64,000 nucleotides of DNA from IMG/VR virus record IMGVR_UViG_3300021185_002017; one strand, given 5' to 3'. This DNA comes from a virus. Taxonomy: Duplodnaviria > Caudoviricetes. The first letter of the stretch is position 1. Every line of letters starts with the position of its first letter. Positions 50,401-57,981 of the stretch are shown here, in pieces. Below the pieces are notes generated by a model. The model was given only the letters and a program-made list of their open reading frames with translations, was not told the origin of the DNA and did no database searches. The position numbers and the translations under genes were made by a program.

Positions 50401-53400
50401 TAAATTAGATGCAAAAGGTGGCATACAATCAGTAAACATAAGTAACCCAGGCTTCGGATACGATCCTTCAAGGCCTCCAGTTATTAGAGTTGTTGATGTA
50501 GGTAAAGGTTCAACAGAGCAACCAAACATGCCTGCTAAAATTAGACCTGTAATTAAAATGGAAGTAATGAATGCACAAGGCAATTTTGTTCCATCACAAG
50601 GTTCACCTGATCGTGTTGCTAAGTTTGTTGTTACAGCAGTACATCCTGATACTAAAGCAATTTTAGGATTGCGAGTTATAGACAGAGGTGTATATAAAGA
50701 ATTCCCATCAGATCTAAGTCAGGGTATACCATTAGAATATGATTATCCTAACATAGGCGACGGCATTTCAGCAGGTGGTTCCGGTCTAGGTTCAATAGAT
50801 CCAATCACAGGTGAATCACTTGGAGATCCAGGTAACTATGCACCAGGGTCAGGTAAGTACGGTGATCTTACTTCACATGGAGAAAGTGGTTCCGGAGCAA
50901 GAATTTATTTAACAGCAAGAGAGATACCAGACTGTTCAGAAAAAGCAGATGTATTAAGTAAGTTAGGAATTCCTGGACAAGAAGTTTCTTATCCAGTTAC
51001 ACAGCATTTAGCAGATCTTTTAAACACAGCATTACTAAATGCAGGATATGATCCTAACGATATTAACTTTGATGTATCTCCTATTAATGATGATATAGAC
51101 GAGCTAGTTTTAAATGCCCCAGGATATGACGGAATAGAATTTGATGAGTTAACACCTGGGTTCTTAGACAAGTTGGGTATACCGATTGGAGACTACAATC
51201 CAGATGTTGGTGACTTACAAGCAGTTGACGGAACACCGCAAAACGACGAAAACCTTAGAGATAAAGATGACATTAACAATCTAGGCCTAGGCGGACTTAA
51301 TCCAGGTTCAGGCGATGGATCAGGCTTCCCAGATGGAAGTATACCAGGCTTAGGCAATGGCGGTCCAGGTAACGACGGATTAGGATTAGGCGGACCTGGT
51401 GGTAATGGCTTAGGCGGACCAGGCACTGGTGGTAATTCTAATATTCCAGGGTTTGGTGATGACTACAGTTCAGGTACTGACTTGCCAGAAGAAGTAATGG
51501 TTGTTTACGGTGTAGACAACGGCGGCTTTGGCAGTGACGGCAGTAGTATGCTAGGCGATGCAAATGTTACTTATGTTGGTGATCTATATCAATACGAATT
51601 AAGAAATTTAGATGGAACATTTGTACAATCTACTAACGATGCAAGAAATGCAAAAGTATTATATTTAGAAAGTCAAAGATATGCAAACGAAGATCTTATT
51701 GCACAAAACGATGGTGCAAACATATCTAACACAGTAAGCGAATTTGGTAATGTATGGATTGATAACTATCAAAACAACGGCTGGGCATATTTAGAAAACG
51801 GTACAGTAATTAGAGAACAAGAACCTTTAGTAGATGCCAAGTATATTAAGAACACTATTGTGTACGATAGCACAACTGGTAATAAAGATTACGACTACGA
51901 CATGTGGGATCCGTTTAAAGGCGTATTACCTGCATTTGTTGATGCTGAAATAACATATACTAGTAAATCAGATCCTGTAGTTTATACAAACACTCGTGCT
52001 GTATTTGGCAGACCAAATGTTGGACAAACATGGTGGAACACTAACACAGTTAGATATAACTGGTACGAGCAAGGAACAAACAGAGAGCGTTGGTTAAATT
52101 GGGGTAGCACATTCCCTGGTAGTGCAATAACACTATTTGAATGGGTTGAAAGTGATGTGCCTCCTTTAGAGTATGCTGCTAATGGCGGAACTGGTACTCC
52201 TAAAAACGGTAGTGAGTTTATCATTGAAAGAAGAATTGACCCAGCAACTAATCAGTATAGAAACTATTACTATTATTGGGTACAGAATGTAAGCTCTATT
52301 TCTACACTAGCATCACAACTTGCTGGTAGAAAAACAACTACATTTAACTTAGCAAGATTCTTAGCAGATCCAATTGGACAAGGCTTAAACACTGTGAGCT
52401 TTATTAGTGCAGGTAAGCACGATCCAAATGCATTAAGTATTGCTGATACTAAAGTTGCAAGTTTTATAATGGGTAACCTTACTAAAACATTGCGTGAAGA
52501 TGAGCAGAACATACAAATTAATCTAAGCAGAAACATTAACCCTGTTGGATTAAAACATGCTTCGTGGAAGTTGTTAAGAGAAAATGATAACAACAGTAAT
52601 GTACCTGAAGATATAGCACAAAAACTAATTGACAGTTTATGTGAAATTGACTCTGCAGGAAACAAAGTACCAGCAGATAACCTCAGTGATATTGAGCGTT
52701 ACGGTGTTGGCTTCCGTCCTCGTCAAACAATGTTTAAAAAGCCTAAAGAGGCAAGACGAGTATTACAATATATCTTAAATGAAATACTAGCAGATACAAA
52801 ATTAAATACATTACATCCAGGCTGGGATTCAAACTTAACAACTAATACATACGTTGAGAATATAAACTGGTTTGAAACTATTTACACAGATGATATAACT
52901 AACGAAAAGATTAGATATGACGATACATATAAAGCATCGTTTACAGTTGAAAGTGTTAAAGAGCTAGGTAAATTAAACAGCAGTACTATTGTAGACGGTA
53001 CTATTGTAATGGTTAAGGCTGGCAGAAACAGCAGATTCCAGTTATGGAGATGGAGCCCAGCACTAAGCAAGTTCTCACTAATTGCTATTGAAAAAGAAAC
53101 AGTTAAATTAAAAGATACAATCTTTACAGATGATATAAATGAAACAATGCAAACAGAATTGAGAGCATTGTTACTAGCACTTAAAGATGTTGTGTTTGCA
53201 AACACACCACAATTTAATGAAGTATTCTTTGAACTATTAAAATACATAATGGGCGAACAGGCTGAATTAGATTGGGCATTTAAAACTTCATATGTTTACA
53301 TTGAAAAAGAAGAGGAAGATCTTGTACAACGCACAGGATTTAAACCAGACAACTTTGAAAGTGTAATTGAATACATGAATGAAGTTAAGCCTTACACAGC

Positions 53401-55267
53401 AAAAATTAGAGAATATAAAGACGGTAAACGAGCACCACTAGAATACATTAATGAACAAATGGTTAGTGACTATGATGTACCGGCATACCCAGATCCAGCA
53501 CTAAGCGAAGTTAGAACATTAGACTTCCACAATGGTGCTGACAGAAATATTATGTCTAACAGCAATGACTATGCTAAAGCATTTGGTGCTTACAGTTTAA
53601 GTCAAGCCGAATGGGGACCAACAGCACCAGTTCGTACTAACAAAGTTAGCATGATTTTTGATAGAGTTGATTGGCGTTTAGCGGCGTATGGACACAATGC
53701 GGCATCACAAAGTTATACAGTTAGCATAGCAGAAAATATTGCAGACATTAACTCAAACAGTATAGCAAATGTTAGTAATGTTTCATCTAACAGTTATTCA
53801 GCAAGTGGTAGAATGTTTAAGTTTGATCCAGATGTTAGAGCACAATTTGAAAAAGATGTAGCAGGATATATTTACTCTACAAACTTTGCAGTAACAGATG
53901 AAAGATATAGATCAGTAACACAAGAAGATTACGGTAATGTAATTATTACAGATACATCAAATGCTATTCAAATACAAGGTGCAGTTGAATCAGGTGCATT
54001 GGCTAAAACATTATACTTGATCAAAGAAAAAGTTGGCGGCACATGGCAAGGTGAAGAGCTAGATGCTAACGTGTTTGCAATGACAGTTTCAGGTCAAGAC
54101 TCATTAATGTTACAAGGTTCGTTCGGTTACGATACTACAGAGTTTGATGCAACTTCAGGATTTGGTTCACAGTTTGACAGCATGATTAATGTTGAAAACT
54201 ACGAAGGAACATTTACAGGAAATAGTACTTACAGAGAAGGCGGTATTACTTATGATGGCTTTGACGGCGTATCGTTTAATCAAATGTTGTACGGTGAAGA
54301 AAGACCAGAGGAACTTGTTTATTTAAGTCCGTTAGAAAACTTTGTTATGCATGTAACAACAGACCCAATTGCATATGGTGCAAATAATGTACCGATTGCT
54401 GCTATTAGTGTAGGACCATATGTAGCTGCAAATATTTCAAATTCAGTTGCTAATGTTGTAACAATTACAAGTCCACAGGCGGCTACATTGCTTAATGATG
54501 CAGATACTGTTACATTAACTGATACAGGTAATACAATTTTAAGTGGTTCGTTTACAATTGCTAATGTTACAACTACTAGTTTTGAAATACCATTAGCAGG
54601 TGTAAACAGTACAGTTATTACTAATGCTGGTGATGTTACAATTACTAGCGGTGTATCAGCAGTAAGAACAGAGTATCTTGTACACCAAGACTTATTTGGT
54701 GGTGACGAGTATTTAAGAATTTTAGGCGATGGCTCAGGTTCAACTACAACTGCTACAGCAATTAATGCATGGGACACAGAAATTGAAGTCTCAGATGCTA
54801 GTAAGTTACCGATACCTAAAGCAAGTATTCCAGGTGCTGTGTGGATTGATAACAGTGAAAGAATTGAATATCTCAAGATATCAGGTAATAAATTACTTGG
54901 TGTAACTAGAGGAACAAGAGGTACTACAGTACCAAATGGCCCAGTTTACACATACGATTCAAGCAATAATGCAATATTAGGTAATACTTTTGTTGCTCAC
55001 CCTGCAGGAGCACCAGTTGTTTCCGCTGGTAAAGCAGATGTGTTTGATGCTTCGATTAAAGACGGTGGTAGCGAAGGCTTTGCAAACAGAGACCCAAGTG
55101 TTGCAAATTGGCTAAAAGCAGACGGTTCACAGAAAAGTATTACTGATGTTACCAATAGAAATACCGGAAGTGGAAGCACAATTGCTGCATTCTTACACGG
55201 TGATTCAGTATCAAGTGTTGGTTTTGATAGTAGACCATGGGATTCAGTTGCATGGGACAGCATTTAA
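38417..55267 (+). CDS. Giant (5616 aa) baseplate wedge-like structural protein with YHYH-like, Ig-like and low-complexity inserts
   Basis: Follows gp6; G.GY-type wedge repeats (TYGGTGY, SNPGFGY, GGSGY); GWAFDGLPIYGPYGY YHYH-like block; Big_9-like GNVLANDTDPEGDPL...FTYTPNAGYAGTDAFFY. Confidence 0.8.
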   Translation: MSDKIVKQLPVVLQTKAVRNFFEATVEQLYSEANTVPLAGFIGKKTGDDAKLQGAFIKEDNADRRQYNLTPAVNNINPVTGDSENLIFYDEFIDTLKVYGVNTSNHNKLFGSRYRSFVPPIDIDKFVNYQEYYWHPAGLDALEIGADNQAPLNLEKDVLGKKEFTYDGTTFRNGMTVIFADSGFTIPANATTLPIKAGIAYIVQGVGTGIKLVEKSITSSTEYGGANLAEPDYIIQQRGAANKNAWSRVNHWYHRDNFLEAGDELPDRAHRAKRPIIEFDADLELFDHGTTSYGEPTVNVTGIVRADIENQPTKHIDTRELRDGDVLLFLNEDEDAKRFLYTVSGVNTGIVLIPTSSTPIAVGQTVTIAEGNVFKGIDYIFNGTDYVQAQRKIKTNQAPLFNLYDDAGNALNHNGLYNNSDFAGNKIFGYKEGVGVKDTELGFPLTYTPYKSVSEITFENYIHTDRSQYTPFGTHTAKTVLGTYYYKLLKDVPEYHSSFKESKIRNEQCVITTHYITQFDVDDNKLIYNIGATPDILVSRSSGYDILVKVNGSIVTDYTYVAPTDIKFNTFTFKPGDVIDVEVGTATGISKITDSRYDLPLSWRSNPYNKEIELVAEPDYMSHFKRYIERQDGFTGSALGSNNFASTAKEIVHAKDIVQTDQDLMVAAFALDDQPHNLVDALRFTAREYEKFRARLIKEINQYYERFDTANLSKEYILEQALRSLISFSIGKDIFGTSYVLPFGDNYLKQEFDVADINSTVYVLDDYADLDEITNSLLVYHVTAATNTQDLLTVESDYTISSVNPITITVTKQLELGDSIVTKLYDKDRDSAECPATPSTLGLYTLCRPRVETDNSFKTPQQLLIGHDCSKTLLQGDIRDEILLEFEIRLYNSAAQQFRSTDSFPRLNVGDVRSGAFRSTNQSPREYADLLRNSFTNWTKSSNVDYSTNEFYDANDTLTWNYRGEQDLPGHWRGWFEYYYDTVRPHTHPWEMLGFYEEPTWWVSEYGTNYTMTNEVMWKDLEQGIIRQGDRENFVNGDYLTDNPWRRIGLLNLLPVDTTNVLLSPGQITGTGSTTKTETWTNLRPSSSLVSDAFRDIAGTNNLPNGINITYGSSSSLRVLFDAFDVGNVSSKAQAGTFWDYDGTIGGASSLTQYATGFQEGFDGFETPYIFVEDITTRKTYQLYNYTAVNLTDPGEIIREENVLVADTTIGLTSTGTPLLNVSNVSSWQDEDAWHYSNTFRNNANGNGTYFIEPEHAGLTEWDKTEHSPIVGWAFDGLPIYGPYGYNRYATDGTLVGVDANDAITPIKSAFELRTGQRSSGPLGIYTGEFVEDYTYNVSLGGTAGYVGHSQKGGIAKYNMRWGVTPESPDTPIYFYVATIDTNEQPMFPYAIGGTQTASPTIFEPHYYAAPVEQEANNNGSIVGSGEIVAVSSSLVITPSTTASLINNPWRFGDGAPVENAWKYSVNYPFAVTEALLLSQPGRFVTLFSDPLRNTSPVLQPNKIINTVDRTPFDFRNENHFGIHGSVNSAGDVVTNVGYSQFIHSWLTYQNLNTTTDFADKLKNVNIKLAHRVAGFTDKDTLIVKADQQGLTSTTNSLIIPSENVDVVVHASPYKNRNFYTGLTVEKTPDGYKVRGYDKNAGYFNVLRRNKTGATTSVEVGGDAVDFVNWEPLVSYQKNTIVSYNNGYYQAPTLVTSTQTFTPSLWNRLPSLPQTGSVKGVLFLDDLPYIDRVDYQTEFTTFQEVVDLIVGLGAYQESIGYNFGDFDTEIADVRNWNYVVKQFLFWVAGGWENNNTIDLSPLASNVKFTSTTGMVAEIKRVDKNQFTLIDQDGRAIQPSECEIVREGNTIEIAPPEGIQIYGAMLFTKEIEHALVFDNVTEFNDTLFDPVYNQGQTRFKIKGKRTANWSGLFSSEGFIIQGDELRPNLDNMAQSLGRYHELGFIPVEKQIYEQARGLFGYQEREYLNNLELEDDDQFEFFKGMLQSKGTLPSLSKLSKSKNIISGDMAVYDEWAIKVGDFGDLENDQSIELKLVKSDVKHDPQLITLAFPEDTTGTIEQVDIISTEHTYFEAPTIEIAPPVPTANNVSNRTQATATALLGADGTLGAINVTYGGTGYTTAAARLNVVAGNISIANVSTQFATSIAASTDPVLDTAISGLSLTNLNITAVAAGSSNANIAVSLDVSSITSLANIATIVNENATINSHITANTVESKIQVGTNIVRQSILTLEGTDFILAEAGSTLSGLNLVAGRYQPKQRYSIAAVGDHPTKGTGATTANDITVKVNDAVVNSTYWTYDAGSRQIIPFKIATSNASLGDQNASRTTVIRGNVTVPLNDPISSDNIEKVDNISYPYASVFVNGEQIRNYPGDQRFDLTTTDLTLYDVDRLADSGISNDANVFVLERPTVEFAPSYFDDKAGASLNIKVSTNDNIAVTTGIKRLHEITPDIKTDDTILIDIDDTTRFLKKPIGERQESLWPTTSYVNAKGITDSKYTQIPNAGYVNSTTVDFSSFDVPSIGQMFRNEIVIHPEKDDLVHVAVAENEDWNVYKFKEFASVVQFVEQEENDLTAHLYTTDSLFSKTTDENQIASGIDSTRFLDYHIAIKDAIVDNKFVVWVNEQVVNQKQVRLSNITATPMIESTVSSIGPNNNLAITNISSGISSFAIGTAVPAGDGTGTVTVTTDIQMLDSAIGGTVGFATGNVTTDERYLHGNSFVASNVNIEAGTFTINEPNIAGTIPPANLTVRYFNRTTITAANHGFASGEMVKVVAGAYSGQYYVEGASQNTFMIDTPFITGGPTTGNVLHPEFKITTTEDHGITNDYAGKKIAVHNADQRFYNGVYRVKNIPTSNTILVWNSFPFADEANTNVNGTPATTCVVTTLDHDVISLNNSSIKIDNINSLDGMIDSLNDAFEARGDWISHVGSFQMRMPMLKFPMQGPGGLTPNQIGGATPRVTNFGSISKKNVNFTGVKTASPRRAQKIGFNKKKYPDGLRRGKKVRPRTVSSGARTMPRTTTLNTTSFNPVIPNIVSSGIGAAVFAQGGAGMGGNGKPNTSIGTGYNSGVGLQLSPNINISSFLGFGHQQNPPSAVPTPPPLGAAGMFNRLITAVKIKPKKQTPIKPNPSTGSPVLTGTAVHVAPPPKCGELVIPVPPPPPVPPNLPPNGADDKFTTAQDTPVSGNVLANDTDPEGDPLTSVNFTDPSFGTLSGTTTSGAFTYTPNAGYAGTDAFFYDSTDGTNTNKQKVTIEVSVNPPKPTIYEKCEYQEQSTSANRTGHSGQYDYWTYMIPASGPVKIIMDMYSAADRLEAHQVNSKGQQTGKVLVSTSSGVRKASDAEKSKLTSGKTQTPQQSYPNLNPTGRGGAYAGPGSYTPTYNPTLTDFRQEGDKIAYCGVLEFNFNPNAGGNYLVVKVRKDSSVYRYMICYPTTTNTGNAIPPSTPAGNYSGSSQPAPSWHGYNSTPTYQPTGQATTKPKNTVGVINVNPGSGGGGWNRNQFLGSVTYSHNYGGFSVAPMAGYSHVPSVFKKTVKTVNPQNIGREADLTDNRYVNNTMQRVSGGRIIPLSAPPQQPIQIANRGINGLNLSQYPGSSHLANSGTMKNITVAHQILQIASSNYDLQNLSNPGSSSGFGTAGTNGFNTNGTSGAGGSGVGGFNDSFNGFTTSVGGNTAGFNRAGTNTPGSTSNIPGYNDAVFTTTPAGPPTIIPGSDIGNNPYMAGLDPNSFGRRLTSPETLNSDDAPINELIDWTQDPEIEFTPKKKITNPDGTFTYVPDGPPARAKISRPTPSVLFTEDGVGNLTPGDEFIINNKKITIPAVPGAVLNEIECNGGFGYTASGTSSKGQRAVKVSSCSAAPITVRDGCRGGAYKEVLDFHIVRTFQQLSATAAPFNSQTDMSGLTSSTSGTHVAGVTSATVSTTTTNSGNTITQTPTMTTNTEFTGGSGYVVGDRLRVVGGTPVPSPFGKLHELCVELPGAFYSSEANVKVFVGDGTTPGASASVGSVKLDAKGGIQSVNISNPGFGYDPSRPPVIRVVDVGKGSTEQPNMPAKIRPVIKMEVMNAQGNFVPSQGSPDRVAKFVVTAVHPDTKAILGLRVIDRGVYKEFPSDLSQGIPLEYDYPNIGDGISAGGSGLGSIDPITGESLGDPGNYAPGSGKYGDLTSHGESGSGARIYLTAREIPDCSEKADVLSKLGIPGQEVSYPVTQHLADLLNTALLNAGYDPNDINFDVSPINDDIDELVLNAPGYDGIEFDELTPGFLDKLGIPIGDYNPDVGDLQAVDGTPQNDENLRDKDDINNLGLGGLNPGSGDGSGFPDGSIPGLGNGGPGNDGLGLGGPGGNGLGGPGTGGNSNIPGFGDDYSSGTDLPEEVMVVYGVDNGGFGSDGSSMLGDANVTYVGDLYQYELRNLDGTFVQSTNDARNAKVLYLESQRYANEDLIAQNDGANISNTVSEFGNVWIDNYQNNGWAYLENGTVIREQEPLVDAKYIKNTIVYDSTTGNKDYDYDMWDPFKGVLPAFVDAEITYTSKSDPVVYTNTRAVFGRPNVGQTWWNTNTVRYNWYEQGTNRERWLNWGSTFPGSAITLFEWVESDVPPLEYAANGGTGTPKNGSEFIIERRIDPATNQYRNYYYYWVQNVSSISTLASQLAGRKTTTFNLARFLADPIGQGLNTVSFISAGKHDPNALSIADTKVASFIMGNLTKTLREDEQNIQINLSRNINPVGLKHASWKLLRENDNNSNVPEDIAQKLIDSLCEIDSAGNKVPADNLSDIERYGVGFRPRQTMFKKPKEARRVLQYILNEILADTKLNTLHPGWDSNLTTNTYVENINWFETIYTDDITNEKIRYDDTYKASFTVESVKELGKLNSSTIVDGTIVMVKAGRNSRFQLWRWSPALSKFSLIAIEKETVKLKDTIFTDDINETMQTELRALLLALKDVVFANTPQFNEVFFELLKYIMGEQAELDWAFKTSYVYIEKEEEDLVQRTGFKPDNFESVIEYMNEVKPYTAKIREYKDGKRAPLEYINEQMVSDYDVPAYPDPALSEVRTLDFHNGADRNIMSNSNDYAKAFGAYSLSQAEWGPTAPVRTNKVSMIFDRVDWRLAAYGHNAASQSYTVSIAENIADINSNSIANVSNVSSNSYSASGRMFKFDPDVRAQFEKDVAGYIYSTNFAVTDERYRSVTQEDYGNVIITDTSNAIQIQGAVESGALAKTLYLIKEKVGGTWQGEELDANVFAMTVSGQDSLMLQGSFGYDTTEFDATSGFGSQFDSMINVENYEGTFTGNSTYREGGITYDGFDGVSFNQMLYGEERPEELVYLSPLENFVMHVTTDPIAYGANNVPIAAISVGPYVAANISNSVANVVTITSPQAATLLNDADTVTLTDTGNTILSGSFTIANVTTTSFEIPLAGVNSTVITNAGDVTITSGVSAVRTEYLVHQDLFGGDEYLRILGDGSGSTTTATAINAWDTEIEVSDASKLPIPKASIPGAVWIDNSERIEYLKISGNKLLGVTRGTRGTTVPNGPVYTYDSSNNAILGNTFVAHPAGAPVVSAGKADVFDASIKDGGSEGFANRDPSVANWLKADGSQKSITDVTNRNTGSGSTIAAFLHGDSVSSVGFDSRPWDSVAWDSI

Positions 55268-55295
55268 AATGTAGTTTAATGAAAAGTGATAAATA
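55264..55295 (+). promoter_or_regulatory. Late promoter with upstream dyad element
   Basis: TTAAAATGTAGTTTAA-N8-GATAAATA just upstream of the ATG at 55302. Confidence 0.75.
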
Positions 55296-55301
55296 AGTAC
55301 A

Positions 55302-55952
55302 ATGCAAGAAGACAAGGCAAAAGATTTGGATAATATGGAAAAGCAAGAACAAGTTGTTGATAATGCTGGTTTAAACATGAGTGGACACATTGTGATCCGC
55401 GATGCAGAAACCAAAGAAGAATTAATCAACAAAAGAAATGCTATACATTACGGCAATATGGCACGAATTGTAGCAGAGGCATTAAACAACACTGCTGATT
55501 CACATATTAACTTTATTGCTTTTGGCAACGGCGGAACAAGTGTTGATACAGCAGGTGGTAAGGTTTTATACCGTTCACCTAGAGTTAGTGAAGCATTCGA
55601 AGCATCGGCTTCGTTATATAATAAAACGCATCACAAATCAATACATGGTGTTGACGCTGATGAGAATAATAAAATAGAAATTATTACTGGGTCTTCTTAT
55701 ACTGATATTAAAATGACAGTGACTTTGGGATATAACGAACCAGATAGTGCAAGTAATCCACAAGATGTATTTGATAGCAGTACAGATAATACAGGTGATT
55801 ACATATTTGATGAATTAGGAGTTTTTACAAAGGCACAAAACTTTGATGCAGATAACCCGAAGATGTTAACTCATGTAATCTTTCACCCAGTTCAAAAAAG
55901 CCAGAACAGGGTAATAGAAATAATTTATACAATTAGGGTTCAGTTAAGTTAA
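55302..55952 (+). CDS. Baseplate/tail-associated structural protein
   Basis: IAFGNGGT...FDELG...LTHVIFHPVQKSQNRVIEIIYTIRVQ, resembling fibre-attachment folds; late promoter upstream. Confidence 0.6.
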   Translation: MQEDKAKDLDNMEKQEQVVDNAGLNMSGHIVIRDAETKEELINKRNAIHYGNMARIVAEALNNTADSHINFIAFGNGGTSVDTAGGKVLYRSPRVSEAFEASASLYNKTHHKSIHGVDADENNKIEIITGSSYTDIKMTVTLGYNEPDSASNPQDVFDSSTDNTGDYIFDELGVFTKAQNFDADNPKMLTHVIFHPVQKSQNRVIEIIYTIRVQLS

Positions 55953-55965
55953 GAGGAAATTTTAA

Positions 55966-57966
55966 ATGGCGTATTCAATAACAACAAATGACAATGTAGT
56001 AATATCCGTAACGGATGAACTACTTAATACTGACACGTCCCTGACGCTAATCGGCAGAAACGCTGTTAGTTATGGTCAGAGTCTTGCAACAAACTCAGTT
56101 CGTCACTTAGAAAACTTTGCTTCTAATAATCCACCAGCTGCATCAGTTCTTCCAACTGGGCATTTATGGTATAATAAAAGTGAAAATACATTAAGAGTTT
56201 ATAACGGATCAACATGGGCAAGAACATCTTTAGTTCCAACAGCAGCAACAGCATTAACAACAGACTTAGTTGCAGGAACACAATACTTTGATTTAACAGA
56301 AGACAAATTAAAAGTACATGACGGTGCAGTATTTAGAGATGCAGTATTACCAGGTGGTACAGTAACATCAGCATTAAGTGGCTCTCAATCAGGTAGTGCT
56401 TCAAACTATGGTGCAAAAATTGAAACATTATTTTTAACAGCACAAGGTGGCTCACCAAGTCATGTTCCAGTTTTAGCACTTAAATATGTTAGTGACGGTT
56501 CAACACCAGGTGAGTTTGCAGACGCAGCTCATGATAGTGCAGGCGCAACTGTTATGGCTATCTTCTCAGATACAGCCTTTTCAATTGATGCAAACGACCC
56601 TTACTACCCTTCACTATCAAATGTAAACAGTTTTAGTGGTACAATTACTAAGGGTATGAACCTTAGAGCAGATTATACAGATTCAAGTATTGCACAATCA
56701 GATACTAGTACATTTGCTGATCAAGCAAATGCTCTTTATGTTGGTGGTGCACCAATTAGTTCAGCAGATTATATACATACAGGTTCCGTTAACTGGGTGC
56801 CTGATACTGTTGGAGCAGTACTAGGTGACGCTTCAAATAGATTCGATGAACTACATGTAAACGAAATTCAAGTAGGTCAGTCAGGAACTCCAAATGTAAT
56901 TGGAATTTTAGGTGATGTAACATTAGGTAATGTCTCAAACGAAGTTAAAGAAATTTTCGTACATGATTTGCATGTATCAGGAGACTTAGACTTTGCCGCA
57001 GTTAACACATTAACAAACCTAGAAAGTGCTGACATTGATGATGTAACATTAACAACAGGTACAATTAGTACAACAGCATCAAGTGCAACAGATATTGTTA
57101 ACTTCTCAACACTTACAGCAGCAACAACATCAACATCGCTTGTTGCAGGTGCAACAATTACAGCAGGACCAGTAACAGCATCACAATCACATAATGTGTT
57201 TTTAGGTGCAGGCTCCGGTAATGTATCAACTGTTACACATTCAGGATTAACTTATGTTCCAAGTACAAGTACATTAACAGCAGGAACAGTAGCCGCAACA
57301 ACATTAACAGATGGTTCTTTTAGTGTTTCATCAGGTTCTGTTACAGGTGTTACAGATTTAGATGCAAGTGGTGAAATTAACGGCGACACATTAACAGACG
57401 GCACAGTTACAATTACTAACGGTGCTATCTCAGGTGCTCAAGCAATTACATCTTTTGCTACTGTCACAGGTGCTACACTAACTGATGGTACAGCAAGTAT
57501 TAACAGTGGTGCTTTAACTGGTGCAACTACAGGTAACTTTAGTGGTACAGTAACAGCAGGCTTGTTTAGCGGTACAGCAACACAGGCTAGATATGCTGAC
57601 TTGGCAGAGAAATACACAGCAGACGCAGATTACCCAGCAGGCACAGTTGTTAAAATTGGTGGCGATGCTGAAATAACAATGACAACAGAACATGCAGACA
57701 CAGAAGTATTTGGTGTGATCTCAACAGATCCAGCATATTTAATGAACAAAGACATTGACGGTCTTCCAGTTGCATTACAGGGCAGAGTACCTGTTAAAGT
57801 AATTGGCAAAGTCAAAAAAGGACAAAGATTAACATCTAGTGATGTACCAGGATTAGCATGGGCGGCGGACGATGAAACTCCTCTACAAGCAATAATTGGT
57901 AGATCATTAGAAAACAAAGATAATGGCAACGAAGGTGTTGTCGAAGCAGTAATAGGCGTAAAATAA
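55966..57966 (+). CDS. Baseplate-attached fibre with C-terminal G2-type chaperone domain
   Basis: N-terminal LTLIGRN...YGQ...N.VRHLENFA; T/S/G-rich shaft with LTDG repeats; C-terminal RYADLAEKY...VFGVISTDPAYLMN...VALQGRVPVKV. Confidence 0.8.
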   Translation: MAYSITTNDNVVISVTDELLNTDTSLTLIGRNAVSYGQSLATNSVRHLENFASNNPPAASVLPTGHLWYNKSENTLRVYNGSTWARTSLVPTAATALTTDLVAGTQYFDLTEDKLKVHDGAVFRDAVLPGGTVTSALSGSQSGSASNYGAKIETLFLTAQGGSPSHVPVLALKYVSDGSTPGEFADAAHDSAGATVMAIFSDTAFSIDANDPYYPSLSNVNSFSGTITKGMNLRADYTDSSIAQSDTSTFADQANALYVGGAPISSADYIHTGSVNWVPDTVGAVLGDASNRFDELHVNEIQVGQSGTPNVIGILGDVTLGNVSNEVKEIFVHDLHVSGDLDFAAVNTLTNLESADIDDVTLTTGTISTTASSATDIVNFSTLTAATTSTSLVAGATITAGPVTASQSHNVFLGAGSGNVSTVTHSGLTYVPSTSTLTAGTVAATTLTDGSFSVSSGSVTGVTDLDASGEINGDTLTDGTVTITNGAISGAQAITSFATVTGATLTDGTASINSGALTGATTGNFSGTVTAGLFSGTATQARYADLAEKYTADADYPAGTVVKIGGDAEITMTTEHADTEVFGVISTDPAYLMNKDIDGLPVALQGRVPVKVIGKVKKGQRLTSSDVPGLAWAADDETPLQAIIGRSLENKDNGNEGVVEAVIGVK

Positions 57967-57981
57967 ATTTAGGAGATTTAA

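Noticed and set aside
38417-55267. Intein or intron explaining the size of the giant gene
   Set aside because: No Cys/Ser...His-Asn splice motifs or LAGLIDADG blocks recognised; the inserts look like adhesion and low-complexity modules.
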